Shown here: in pieces, positions 25,869 through 38,825 of the stretch
How the letters are laid out: the number at the start of each line of letters is the position of its first letter
How positions within the stretch are numbered: the stretch's first letter is position 1
Assembly (NCBI GenBank): GCA_973895155.1
Contig: OZ316895.1
Span: forward strand, 14,636,716 to 14,700,715
Source: Marsupella aquatica
Taxonomy: Eukaryota > Plantae > Marchantiophyta
DNA: 64,000 nucleotides
Direction of reading: 5' to 3'
Made by a program: the position numbers and the translations under genes
Notes under the pieces: model-generated
Database searches by the model: none
Told to the model about the DNA's origin: nothing
What the model saw: the letters and a program-made list of their open reading frames with translations, nothing else

Positions 25869-28800
25869 ATTAATGGGAGGCATGTTGCAGTTGTTGCCCA
25901 TGTCCCTGCCCATCCTATAGGCAAGGCAGCCCCTTTCAAGGAGGAGGCAATGTTGCTCTGTATGGTACTATGGGGATTTGTTTTCCGGCTTTCTTTGGAG
26001 GCTATGACTTTGAAGTTTTACATCCATTTTTTGACCATTTCCTGCAATCATTGTGGTTTGTTGCGTAGAAAGATGAGCTTATATATCACTCAGTTTCTGT
26101 CCTCATATATTGTCCTCTTTCTACATTGGGTGTTTACTCCAATGTTTATAGAGGGCTCAGGCAGCATTCACTATTCTACATAGTGTTGAGTAAAAATGAC
26201 ATTCCGGACAACATGCACATGTGACAAATGATCGAATCCAACAAATAAATAATATGTGATTAATTATCCTTTGATGAGGTTACGTCCACACGAACACACA
26301 GGAAATTCATTGCACTCTAGGTCCATTGGTCAGAGTTACCAAGTCTCCATAACACAAGTCTCACTATCTCTCAAATTGCTTCATAACGATGAGCCTGATT
26401 TTATGCTCCACAAACAAACACTACTAACTTGTGTATATACGATGCAACACATTTGGTAACCTAATCAGTCTGCAACCATGCTTTACTCATAGGACCCCTA
26501 ACTATGGCTACAGTCATTACTCTAGACCTAAGAATAAATGCCTAACATAGAGGGCCTACGCTGTTTGATTTTAGGGACTCTAAACAAATTCCTGTTTCAT
26601 TGTGACCCTCCAGCATATGCGGGTTTAATTTTTGGGCTTTACTACCCCAATAGGGCTTTAGTTCCTTTGTTGTTAATATGGGGGACTCTCAAGCCTTTAG
26701 GTCTTAAAGCTTTCTTCTGGGCCAGCCAGAGGTTTCCCTTGCTTTCTCCCTTTTATTGAGTCTCCTGCCTTTGAGATCCACTTCCTGGTTTGGCACTTTT
26801 GTTCATTTGAACTATGATCTATAAGAATAATTTTCTGAAAAAAGAATGGAGAATTCCATTGACTTTGTGGTGCATTTAATGCACTTTTCCATGATGATCG
26901 AGGACCCTTTCATTGGGTCTTGGTAAATTGCACAGCAAAATGCTGCAATGGGGGTTAAGTGTAAAGAACACTAAATGATATAAAAGTAAAATCAGGTTTA
27001 TCATCATATATATTACACTCACTGATATAAAACAATAACTGGGTTTAAACAATAGTTGGGTTTATCATGATATGGAAAATCCATTTGACCTGTGTTGGAA
27101 TGCTTGTCAAGTGGTTAGCACAATAAGCACAATACACAGTATGCTGGTTTTTTATGTCCTCTGTTTTTTATGTCCAATTACAGTCAGGCCTTTTATTGTT
27201 TCATTTGACAATTATATGCAGCCCTCGTAACACACTAAACCTATGGCATAAGGATCATGCCTATTTTCATATCTTTCCAAAAAAACGTTGATCGAAGTTG
27301 AAGCTTCGGCTAGTAGCGGACCAAAACCGACATTTACAATGTCTTTTAATTAGTGGAGTTCAAAGAGTGTTGCTACATTTTCGTCTTCATGTAATGTTGA
27401 AGTTTAAAGACCATGGTTTTGTAATGTGTGTTCGTATGACCATCAAATTGTAAACTATGGTGCTTGAGAGTGGTCAAGACTCTTGTATTCGAAGTGGACT
27501 TCAATGTGCAATTCGGGCACATTTGAAGAAAGACGGGAACAGAAAAGCTCGAATAGAGTACGTACCATGGCTGCTATTTTCGCGGGAAGGCCAGAAGGCA
27601 AACGATTTCACAAGTTAGTACGCACAAGGAGAAAGCCATGCAAATAAATCAAGATGTTCATTCTAGAGAAGCAAGGGATTGTCGAGCGGTAACTTTACAG
27701 AGTCTATACAAGTTAGCTGTCGATCAGCGATCACAGCCTTCGGTAAACCTCGAAAAAGTCTCAAGGTAGCGAACAGTCATCCTATCCAATTCTACAAGTC
27801 CCCAACTCAAATCTGACATTACCGAAAGAGCACAAGAGAAGAGAATTGTGCCAAATATTATGGGCGGTCCTTTAAATTTCCATTGGACAGTGAAGCGTGA
27901 AATGGATACTTACTGCAAATGGACAGGCAGTGGATGAACGGAGGGATTCGGCACCGTGGTTCAATTGTGGAGGGCCAAAAGTCATCTTGAATCAGAGGGC
28001 AATTTCAAATGATGCATCATAGGCCGGTCTGTGATGAATAAGCGATCTACATACTGAATATGAGCTATTGTAGCTTTTGAGAAAATTTTCCTTGAGGTTA
28101 CTGGATGGGAATCCCTACCTGTTCCATTCCACCCCAATCCAGTGCTCATCAATATACAAAGGCTACTAACTCGAAACAGGAAACAGTTTAGTATCTTATG
28201 TGCAAATTAAGAATAATGTACAAAGATTTTCTTCGAAAAGGAACCGCCCTTAAAATTGCAAAACTACTGCCCTCCTATCATCACCTCTTGTTGGGCACTC
28301 TATGTTTTTGGGGACTGAAAGACACTTGGTTTGCGGACTGGGGATGCCATGAAGTATAAGTTGACGAGACGAGCTAGATCGAACAGTGAGAACCTAAATC
28401 TAAGACGTATCAAATCCGTGTGGACGGTCATCCGTCAATCAGTCTCCATTCTAATTGGAAAGATTGGCAGGCTGGACCGCTCGACTCACATTCTGCCGGC
28501 ACATCTGACCGCAATAACAGGTTAGGATTCCCTTCCGTGCAGTGGCTCTTGAGTCTTGTTAGCAAGCTCATTCACATTTCGTCTCCCTGGCTTCACATGC
28601 ATCCGCCGATTGGAAGGTCGGCATTCTGAACCCTTTCCCTCCTCTGTCGATCTGTAACAAAATCCCACACCTCTTGCAATTCAGATACCTGTGGAGCCAA
28701 GGTTGAGACATATACGGATACTTTGTGGAACTAATTTTCATTTTAAATAGCATGCGTTGGCGTGGACCAAAGACCTGCCTGCCAAGCTGAATACAGCTCT

Positions 28801-29039
28801 CGTTGGATGTTGGCTGAACCGTCTGTATCTTCCGAAGGATGAAGAAAGAAAACCAAGGGAACTGAAGTCAAAAGGCGATTAGCTTTTGGTCGAGTATCTT
28901 AAAATCTAGCATTCATCTTTCTAAAGGTGTAGAGGAGCTTCGAGAGTTCAGACAGTTTTACAGAACCGAGTATTAACTAGTTAACGTAAGCCAAGCAGGC
29001 AAATTAAAGCTCTGAATTCATTACGGTTGATCCTCAAGG

Positions 29040-29758
29040 ATGCAGCATCCTCGGGGAGTCACAGTTCGTAGGCCATGTAAACACTCGAGTGGCAGAAAGC
29101 CTGTCCCACCGCAGGCAACTAAAGCACCTCAGAAATGGCCGACATTTCAAGTCGTTGCTCCTCCTCCTTGGATACCGGAAGGGTGGACAGCAGTCGTTCG
29201 AACGGGAGAAAGCGGAGGAAAACACAAGGTAACTGGTCGACACGCACGTTGTTCGCCTCTTGAGATCCGTTGCACGGTGGTCGACGTCGTGGACATTGCC
29301 CCTCATTGATTTTAACACAACCTGCTCACCGAGGTAGGAACTCAATCATGATGTCTCATCGGTCGAGTCAAGGGAGAATTCTGAATAATCATGCTCAGTT
29401 TTCAGTGTATACGTCTCACGTACGTTCTTATTTTATTGAATCGAGATTGTCACTGACTTTCATTCGTCGACTTATTGAAACGCAGTATTACGTGGATCCG
29501 GTGTCCAAACGCCGTTATTGGTCGAAGACGGAAGTCACTTGGTTTCTAAAACTTGGACACCGCTACAGATATAAGCGGGCGTTTGATGCGCCCAAGCGAG
29601 CGCCCATTGGCAAGAGAGAGACTCATAAAGAGCAGCTGCAGAAGCTTGGTAGGGAGTTCTGCCTAGAAGCTGTCGAAGCCTTACGTAACGAGAACGTGGG
29701 AAGCAACACTCTGCAACAGATAAATATGGGGCTGCGTTCCTGCTCGCTCAAGAGCTGA
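29040..29758 (+). CDS. Divergent methyl-CpG-binding-domain (MBD) protein; exons 29040-29228 and 29486-29758
   Basis: Spliced product PPWIPEGWTAVVRTGESGGKHK|YYVDPVSKRRYWSKTEVTWFL fits the plant MBD pattern (PxGW..YYxDP..RxxSKxEV); phase-0 GT-AG intron. Confidence 0.75.
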
Positions 29759-32666
29759 ACGGCGGCTCGAACACTCGGTTCAACAGCAAGCTCAACCCTC
29801 CACGCACTAGTTCCCAATGGTCAATGAGATATTATTTATCGACATTTCAAAAATGACAGAGAGGTCATGAATAACAGATGAAGTGAGGTCATGAATAACA
29901 GATGAAGTCATCTTCGTGCATACCCGGGACCTTCGGTCATAGACTACAGGCGCTGTGTACAGCAATTTTTCCAGCCACTTTGTGTTCTGTTACAAAACTA
30001 TGAGCACTCAAGGGGGCATAGGGCCCTTGCTATGATAGTAAGACTCAGGTTGATCGAGAAGGTCCTTGGTTTTTGAGAGGATGTGCACCGAAATTCAATG
30101 GAGTCGATACACATCTAATTCTCCGAGATAGTCTTCCGGACTAAGGCAGTAGAGTTGGCAACTGTAGTCTGCGACGATATATTGTCTTAGTTTGTGTTCA
30201 ATTGATTGAATTTACTTAATAAACGATCCAGTTAGTGCATTTTGCAACATTTGCACCATCTTTAGGTCTTCCGAGTGGGATGTAAATGACATACTGTCGC
30301 TGAAACTTCGACTACATTACCAAATGGTGTCGAGCTAGCTGTTATGGAATGCTGATTCATCGCCTTTTCTCCGTCCTCTCCAAACACGGACAATGTCCGA
30401 ATTAAAAGCCAAACAGCTACGTCATTCCGGTTAGGTTAATTTCTTGGCCCGAGAATGCATCTTAAAGTTCAACGAGTTTAAATGATGACTCCACCTACTT
30501 CTATCACGATGCAACCATTGATCACCAAGTTCAAGAAGTACCACTTGTTTGATTTCACCCATTCAGTTGGCTAAAGTGGCCTTGAAGAATCTGTCCAGAC
30601 GCAACATGTTATGGCCTTCCCAAATATTACTGGAAGGGATCTCGGGGCGTCATATCCGACTGCTCATCTACGCAGAAAACTGGGAGCCAATGCCGTGTAT
30701 TGTTTAGCTTAAATGTCAGCAAAGAAAACTAAGAAAGAACAAAAATAATCCAAAAATAGGATAGCAATCAGACTGCACTGTTCATTGGCTTGTATACTAA
30801 GTACTCCTGAAATTGCATGCACACGGTCTGAAATTTGGTACATCTCTACAATTAGGATACGATCTCCATTCGCATCATCTCTTTGTCTACTGTAGGGGAA
30901 GTTGAAGAATGCAAAAAGCTTCTTTGGATTTTTGCTGGGCAAATAGCCATTCGTTTTTTATTTTACTTGAACATTCCACATGGGGGACAGAAAAAGGTCC
31001 GTAACCAGTAACTTGTTTTAAAGACAGTTTCTTGCAAAAATAGTAAAGAATATTTTCGCTCTATTCTGAAGACAACGGCACTCTCGAGGTTTATTTCCAT
31101 AGTTGAGCTGGGGTTAACACTGGTAGATTGGGTTTTGCAGGGATGGATAGAATTAATTGCACTGATTCTTCGCAGCGAATTGGATCATTGTGCTTGGGTT
31201 AGCTGTTTCAAATTTGGCCCAAATAGTACAGTTGAGGGTTAGGGAGACTCTTCATTGGCATAGAAACTAAAACATGAATGAATCCTCTGGCCAGGCTGAC
31301 AGACAATGTTCGTTGGCAGTGTTGCACTGTAATCAAGCTTGCAACTACTGAACTCAAAATCCATCGCTACAATCACAAGCATTGGAGTGTTGAATACCAT
31401 TCCTAACTTGGCAGCATATGTCACTGTGCAAATAGAGTGCCTATGTTCAAATACTATGCCCATCTTTTAATAGAACACCCCTTTCTGAACACAGCCAAGC
31501 ACCAGGTCTGGGCGCTAAATTCAAATTTCACTGCGACCTTACAAATTATAGAAATTCTGGTTCTATAATCAGCCGCATTGAGCTAGAAGAGAACCTGGGA
31601 CAATAGTGAGAGTAGAAGACTTGGTCGGCATTGTTCACGGTAAGGGAGCCAGATTCGTGTTGCAATTTTGGACATGAATGCTTAGATTCAGTTTCATATT
31701 GAATTTTCACTTAAGAGAATTTGATGTCCTCTACTAATCTAACCCAAGAACTTTGCTGAGAGATTAAGTTAGGAAATAACACCCGCACAAGAAATTAAAA
31801 GCCTGAAAATAGGTCAAGGCGTCCCTGTAGGAACAATCTAGATCTGCAACTCAACAGAGATGAAAGAGATGTGTCTTCATCTTGGTGGGAGTTAGAATCT
31901 GCTGGGCAGTTGAGTCACTGAAAGGGAAAAAACACAAGCACCAAGCGTGGAAGAGCCTCCTCCATTTTCGAACATTTTAGCTGTGTCAGACAATGGAATT
32001 AGCAGACATGATCCCACGTCACGAAACAGACAAACGTGCAGGTGTATCTGAAAAACCTTTCCCTCTCAACCAGGAAGAGGATGAAAATTTCAGTAGCTCC
32101 CTGGTTTTCCTTCTCCGTTTCAGTAGACTTCGCCATCTGAAAGAAGTACTTGTTCAAGGATGTGAACTCATTAAAGAATGGCGCACCAAGCAATCACCAG
32201 CTCACCTACACCAGTAGGACAAGAGTCTATTTGCTCCCCAAGAGAAACGATCCCAATATGTACAAGTCCGGTTGTTCTTTACAATCAACTCAACTCCGTG
32301 CACGCTCTGTCTCTGCCTTACGAATTCCAAATGGGAGAATGTAGACGCCCAGGTCTCACAATTCAGTCTCAAGAGTCTTCACGAATACTTGTCTGCCGGG
32401 GAAAGGCTGTTAAAGATCATAAGTGTCTGAACAATTCCACGAGCAATAGATAAGCCGAGATAAGACAGCCTCTCAGAAGTTGTTGAACGGATGATTCACT
32501 TGGTGAATAGTTCTCATTGAAATATGTGCATCTCACGGTGGCAGGACTCTTCTACTGCCAACTTTGGAGAAGTTGCCATTCTTCTCAACGATGTTCTTAA
32601 GTGTCAAAAAGCTGTGTGATTTGCACCACACATACCAGCACCTCTTGGACAACCACGCTAACCATC

Positions 32667-33497
32667 TCAACGCCGTTGATTTATTCTCCATGAGGTTTCA
32701 GGCGTCCCAAGTTTCGAGGAAGCGTATCTGGCAGCTGTGAACAAATAATCACTCAAACGATTCAAGTACCGAACTACTGATTCATCCACCACCTGCTCTT
32801 CGACGAGAGTGGTCATTTTCCTTTCTGCACGCCGACAGATGGATCTCGCCACATGCAAAGATGAAGCAGGCAAACCACCAGACGGAAGGATGAAGCCCGT
32901 CTGGTGAGGCACCTCCTCGTCCATCTTAGCCCTCCAACTCTCGAGCACTTCAACTGTTGCCACATTGAATTTCACCCTCGGAACCTTCTTTGAAGAATTT
33001 GAAAATGGGTTGCTCAGAGGAACAGCAACAGCTGACCCAATGTCCAGCAGTCTCGACTGAATCTCCTCAATCTGCTGCAAAGTCGATGTCAGCTGAGCTT
33101 GAGAGCAATATGCATGTGCTAACCCTAATGTACTGCTCAGCTCATCGACAGCTCCCAGAGCTTCAAAGGTCGAACTTGATGACGACACTGAAGAATCTGG
33201 AGAAAAGAATCGAGTCCCAGGTGGGATACCCTTCACGGAGAGAGACTGGGTCGTCGTAAGAAGCCCTTGCTTTCCATACCGTGGTGTTCGAATTGCATCC
33301 CAGCGCAAAAGATGTTCCTCCAGTGGGCTTCTCGGCACGATGAGAGCATTGTGTGAGGAGGTTGTTCCATTCGATCTACTGGAAAGCAGCCTCTGATGCA
33401 ACTGAGGAGGAAGGGAATCCAGCCACGAGACTGCAACACGGCACTTCAGGGTCTCCCTGTGGATCGATCGCAGACAGTTCTGCATCGAAGTGGCCAT
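32667..33497 (-). CDS. MMAB: PduO/MMAB-type ATP:cob(I)alamin adenosyltransferase-like protein with probable organellar transit peptide, intronless
   Basis: FEALGAVDELSSTLG, IQSRLLDIG, FILPSGG, LHVARSICRRAER and YLNRLSDYLFTAAR are PduO-family motifs. Confidence 0.9.
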   Translation of the reverse strand: MATSMQNCLRSIHRETLKCRVAVSWLDSLPPQLHQRLLSSRSNGTTSSHNALIVPRSPLEEHLLRWDAIRTPRYGKQGLLTTTQSLSVKGIPPGTRFFSPDSSVSSSSSTFEALGAVDELSSTLGLAHAYCSQAQLTSTLQQIEEIQSRLLDIGSAVAVPLSNPFSNSSKKVPRVKFNVATVEVLESWRAKMDEEVPHQTGFILPSGGLPASSLHVARSICRRAERKMTTLVEEQVVDESVVRYLNRLSDYLFTAARYASSKLGTPETSWRINQRR

Positions 33498-33820
33498 GAT
33501 TGGAGACTACGCATCGACAGGTCTACCACAATCCATTGCTCTGCGTACTTGGGCACAACCTCTACAAAACTCTTCTGTACAAAAGTAAGACGTCCTCAAT
33601 ATTTTGATCAAATCTGATGGCAATGTCGCTGGTGATGAATGTCTGGCAACAAGGGTCTCAAATCTCAAACCTTGAGGTACTATTGCTACATACTCCATAC
33701 GCCCTTAAAGCAAGTTTTGTTAGTGTAACTGGGTGTTATCCAAACCCACGAAAGAAAATCTAAAAAGTATGGTCCAACTCACTCACTCCAAAGGCCATCT
33801 TGCATGTGAGAGGTCCTTAA

Positions 33821-34095
33821 TAGGCATTTTCATTCAGTCTTGTCATCGTATCATTGAGCGAGTGCTTCATGCTTAACCCATCTCCCTAGGCACTTTCATT
33901 CAGTCTTGTCATCTTATCATTGAGCGCGTGCTTCATGCTTAACCCATCTCCCTACCCTAGGCACTTTCATTCAGTCTTGTCATCTTATCATTGAGCCAGT
34001 GCTTCATGCTTAACCCATCTCCCTAGGCACTTTCATTCAGTCTTGTCATCTTATCATTGAGCGAGTGCTTCATGCCTAACCCATCTCCCTAGGCA
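33821..34095. repeat. ~66-bp tandem repeat, 4 copies, upstream of the MMAB-like gene
   Basis: taggcactttcattcagtcttgtcatcttatcattgagcgagtgcttcatgcttaacccatctccc x4. Confidence 0.95.
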
Positions 34096-37000
34096 GGCCT
34101 GAGAGCAGCATTTGAGCAAATCTAAGGGCAAGGGCCACAACTACTCCAGCGCTCTTGAGTCAAATGATAGGCAATGTGATGAGCTCCACTCTTGAGTCAA
34201 ATGCTTTGAGTACGCCCTTATTGAGCAGCAGTAGGGCACTCTCCCCAATATTTCCTCTGTTTTCTATTTTTGCATCATTTCCATCAGTCAAAGATGACTC
34301 AGATGGTGAGTGAGAATGGAGAAGGGCGAGGAATATGCTCTCCAGAACCCAGAAAAATTACACAGGAAAACAAGAAACGGGGTTTTGTGCCCTTCCCAGT
34401 TCTTCCCTTCCTATGTTCAAAAGCATTTATTGGAAGCAACCTAATCGCCTACAGTTGGGTCACAATCAGGTGGATAGGACTAAACCACATGTGCAACTCA
34501 AGAAGCATCCATTATAATTATGTTGTTTGACATAAAATAAAAGCATAGTTTAATGAAAATTGTGTCTCATTTGAAGCTTCGTAAGCCCTCCCGTGAGAAC
34601 TTTCTCCCCACAAGCACCACCTCAACTACTCAACATTCCTTCCACTTGTAGAAGCACCAATATACATAACACCACTAGTGGCATTCAGTTTATACCCCTA
34701 GCCGCATTCATTTTTAGTAAAAGAATGAAAAATAATCAAAGGAGTTGTAAGCTTGAATAAGATGCAAATAAGATGCATCTCAAAAACTTTACTTCAATAA
34801 GACACCTAATTGGAAGGTGAAGCCATGGAGGATGTCACCCAATTGGATACCCAACCCAGCCAAACCGTTCCCAAGTAAACTGGTAGTATTCTACACAATT
34901 CTGTTACACAACCCACAAGGATTGATGCTTGTAAAGTGGATTTGCACATTTGAGCCTTTAGTGTAAGCTGAGCCCCACAGATATATTTGGACTATGGCTG
35001 AACCGAAACAAAGACCGTCAGAACCCCATTTCATAAAAACTAAGTTTGGGCGTGGAGATGAGCTGTTAACTCCAATGCCGGCTGGGATTAAAATACTTAT
35101 TTGTGTCGTTGCCAAATACCAGAATTAACTTAGGGAACTTACCTACTTCCCTCAGGTTCTGAGTGATTATCACTGAGGGGGTGCGCTTTGCCAAAATCCC
35201 CGACTTCCCTACTTTCCTCTGCCTCTGAGTAATTGTCACTACGGACCTATTGCAGATAATTAAAACTCGAAAGGCAGTAAACATGGATTGTGGACTCTCC
35301 AATTGATGGGCTCAAGTGCGCCAGCAAATTTGCTTCCGCCTGCTAACCATTGCAAGAGGTACAGAAAACTTCCAGCGTCTCTTCCTCTTTCGAGGAGAAA
35401 ACTCAAAGATGGCTGTTAACCGGTACAGGGATAAGTGGTCTCGAGAAATTTCCCCAAAACTCTTACTGATTTGAGTAGAAAACTCGAACGGCGTTGGAAG
35501 TAGTATTGTGATAATATCATTGGCTAGTGAAGTGAATGTCACGACTTTTATCGAAAAACAATCGAGTTGTACAAGCGAATTTGTGCTGGTTTAGTTTTCC
35601 TGAGTTGAGTTCACCGTTCCCTAATATCCAAGAAGGTAGAGGCCCCACAATAGAATGAGAAGGGGCCAGATTTCAAAAGACACATTTGCAGTGCCACACA
35701 CCCGACATCTTGGATTAACAGACAAAATTTGGTAAGCTTCCCCTGGGTATGGGCGACAGTGTTGGCGTGAGTCCAAGACCCAGACGAAACTAGAAAACGC
35801 GTTGCTCCTGAGTTGGACAAAGGTAAGTGAAAGATTTCCCAAATCCAGAGTAACGCAGCTGTCACGACCTTGCTTACCCGACTACTCAACGGTCAATATA
35901 CTCCTTCCACTTGGACGAATTCGAGTGCTATACCGGTCCTTAGGGCAGGACAGTCCTGGACCCGACACCGAGCCTACTAACTATAGGAAAGCTTCAAGAA
36001 GTTCTGATAATACTTGGGCCAGTATTGATGTAACTGAAGATCAATCGTCAGCATCGGCAGAGCTTTGCAGCACACTACCCCATAAAAGTGGAAAACAAAC
36101 ACAGAAGACTCAACTACTGGGGTTGTTCACAGCCGGAAATCCATTTTCAATATATAATCTGTTGGTACTGGACAAATGGAGGGGTTCGATAAACTTTTAG
36201 GAGACAGGATGTTGCGGATAGGTCCAGACTCCCGAGGGATAAAACCGAATAACAGAGCGGTAATAGAAGCACGGTAATGGAACCTTCCATCCATGCTTGC
36301 AGAGAACCCCAAGCCCGACCGACCGACTGTCACTGCAACGTTGGTAGAGGACCACTCGTGTTATTGTCGGAGCGTCCTGCACGGAACTTCTCGGGCTTTG
36401 GGATGCATACGGATCGATTTTTCTTCGTTTCCAATGAAACTAACAGCTGTCCTGGCAGCCGCGAAATGTGAATCTACGTACACGTCGTATCTCCCCCACG
36501 TGGTTGGATACGCTCATTGAACGTGCGAAATTTATGAGACTTGACCTCAGCCCCAGGACGTACAACTGTGACCGCTAATAAATGCGACCCTGTGAATCTC
36601 ATACCTTTGAAGAGGACGTCGCTAATGCTGGAATACCGTACCCTCACTCATATGAAAAACCCTCTTAGGTCAGTCCGCCCGGCAAACATTCAAAAAACGT
36701 GGTTCTCTCCGTCAATATTCCTAAAGTAAAACAGTCCAAGAACAGTTCCCGCCACTTGCAACCTGTTGCGTAATCGGACAGGCATCCAGAACTTCCGTTC
36801 TCAGATCTCGATTCCGTCTACACATCCAGAGACGTTCCCACATCAGCGCATACAAAAATCCCGCCAGAATCGCTTCACACCCTTTTGCTCAGAGAAGGAA
36901 CCCACCGGCCTGTAAAGAGAATTGTGATTAGGGTACATTCCAGTTAAACCAGCCAAAACATATCAAAACTCCTCGTCAAAACCGTATAGATGCAATTTCG

Positions 37001-38825
37001 CCTTCTTGACTGCGATAAGCCACTAAGGGAAATAACCCCAACAGATAACACCGACACACTTGTTCGGATTACATCGATTCCCGGTCCACGTACAAATGAC
37101 AATCCCAACGAATGGGTGGTCCAAGTATGCGACCAAATTGTAGCACCCATAAAGTAATCTCCTCTCCATCTGATCCATCTTTCCCGTCGGTATCTTCCCC
37201 AAGCTGCCAATATCCGTCGGTAAACAGCTTGTGTTATACTCTAAGAGTCTCGACATAATTTACAGAATATTCACGTTCCACAGAATCTTCCCACTTTCCA
37301 CGCATCTAAGTCTCGGATTGCGTATCCAGCCAAAGATTTAAGCGAGTACTCCCAGCTCTCTGTGAACTAGATCACACCCCAAGTACTAGGTCAGCACACG
37401 GTACGTGCACTGTGAAAATCTGCCCATCCACACCGGTATTTTGCCTCCGGATGTGCATATGATTGCACATTTTCAACATGGCTTCGGACAACAACAAAGA
37501 GGGCCATTACAGGGAATCCAAAGGAGAAAAGTGGGCAACACGAGAAGCAATCCAATTCACACAAAATAATTCCAGAAGTCATAACAGGGAAAAAGCTCGC
37601 GGTACAATCAGTCACCTGGACCAAAGGCTAGTGAAGATAGACATGGACGATCGAGTTACCAGGTTTAAAAATTTGTGTCGAAACACTTCACTAGAAATCC
37701 CATCCCAAACATTCCACTCACCATCCCCAATCAACGAAGCAGGAAAGGATAAAACACACATCTCTGTCCACTGCGCTTTAAGGAAGGTGTGATAAAACAC
37801 TAGACAGTATGCACTTTCCAACTTGATTGAAGAACCGATCTTCGCCGACATCAAAATCAATGATTGCAGAAAAGCAAATATAAAAACAAGACGAACAAAA
37901 AATCGATAAGATTGTTCACCACAAAAGATAGAAGTTGGCATTAGAAAGTCGGCAAATACGTAACCTTGAAACTACAAAATAACCTAGGTCCAAAATAAAA
38001 ATGAGGACCTCAACCGCACTCCCACTGAAAGATCAAACCTTAAATAGCCCCAAATCCCAAACGACCGCTCGGAACCCACCATAACAGTCGTCATAATTGA
38101 TAACAGACAGGCATGTTTCCTTCCATACACCGTTTCAAATGCTGGCCGTTGCTCACAGGAAGCGTGGGAGGGACCATTAACAAGAACGTCCAATGCCATT
38201 GCCCACACGAGACATTGCTTGCGAAAGCCAAGGCAGATAAGCCAGGCTGCCTACAGTGATGCCGCAGAGTCATGAACCACCACGATAATGTGTAGGCATT
38301 GAACATTCTTCAGGTGTTCGTTATTGCATTTTTATCCGACGGCTGACTGCACATACCCAAAACACAGTCGCGACTGTATTACAAACTGTCCCTTGCCAAT
38401 GACAAGTGCATCAAGACACAAATATACAAATTTCAGCCCAGAGATTCACTCGAAAAATACTGAATGAATCTCAAATCCTAGAGTCACGATAGCAAGTTAT
38501 GACTAAATTAGACTTCAAGATGCAAGTCAAACTAGTGAGCCACCATTCGAACCTAAGGCAAACCACTTTGGACTTTTCAGTTCCGAGACCAACTACCTCT
38601 CTACAAACTCCTGATTTCACCCTAGCGACATCAGCTTAGTGATTAAGGTGTAAGACTACGTGGAGCATATCAAATCTAATCTTGGACGGCTACACAAGCC
38701 AACCTTGATAACCTACAAGTTTGCCCCTAAAAGCCTCGCAAGTGACAACACATCATGACAGACGTGCTCGACTGAGCAAAAAAGCCACTATCTACTTGAA
38801 TGAACGTTCAGTTCCCTGAAATGAC

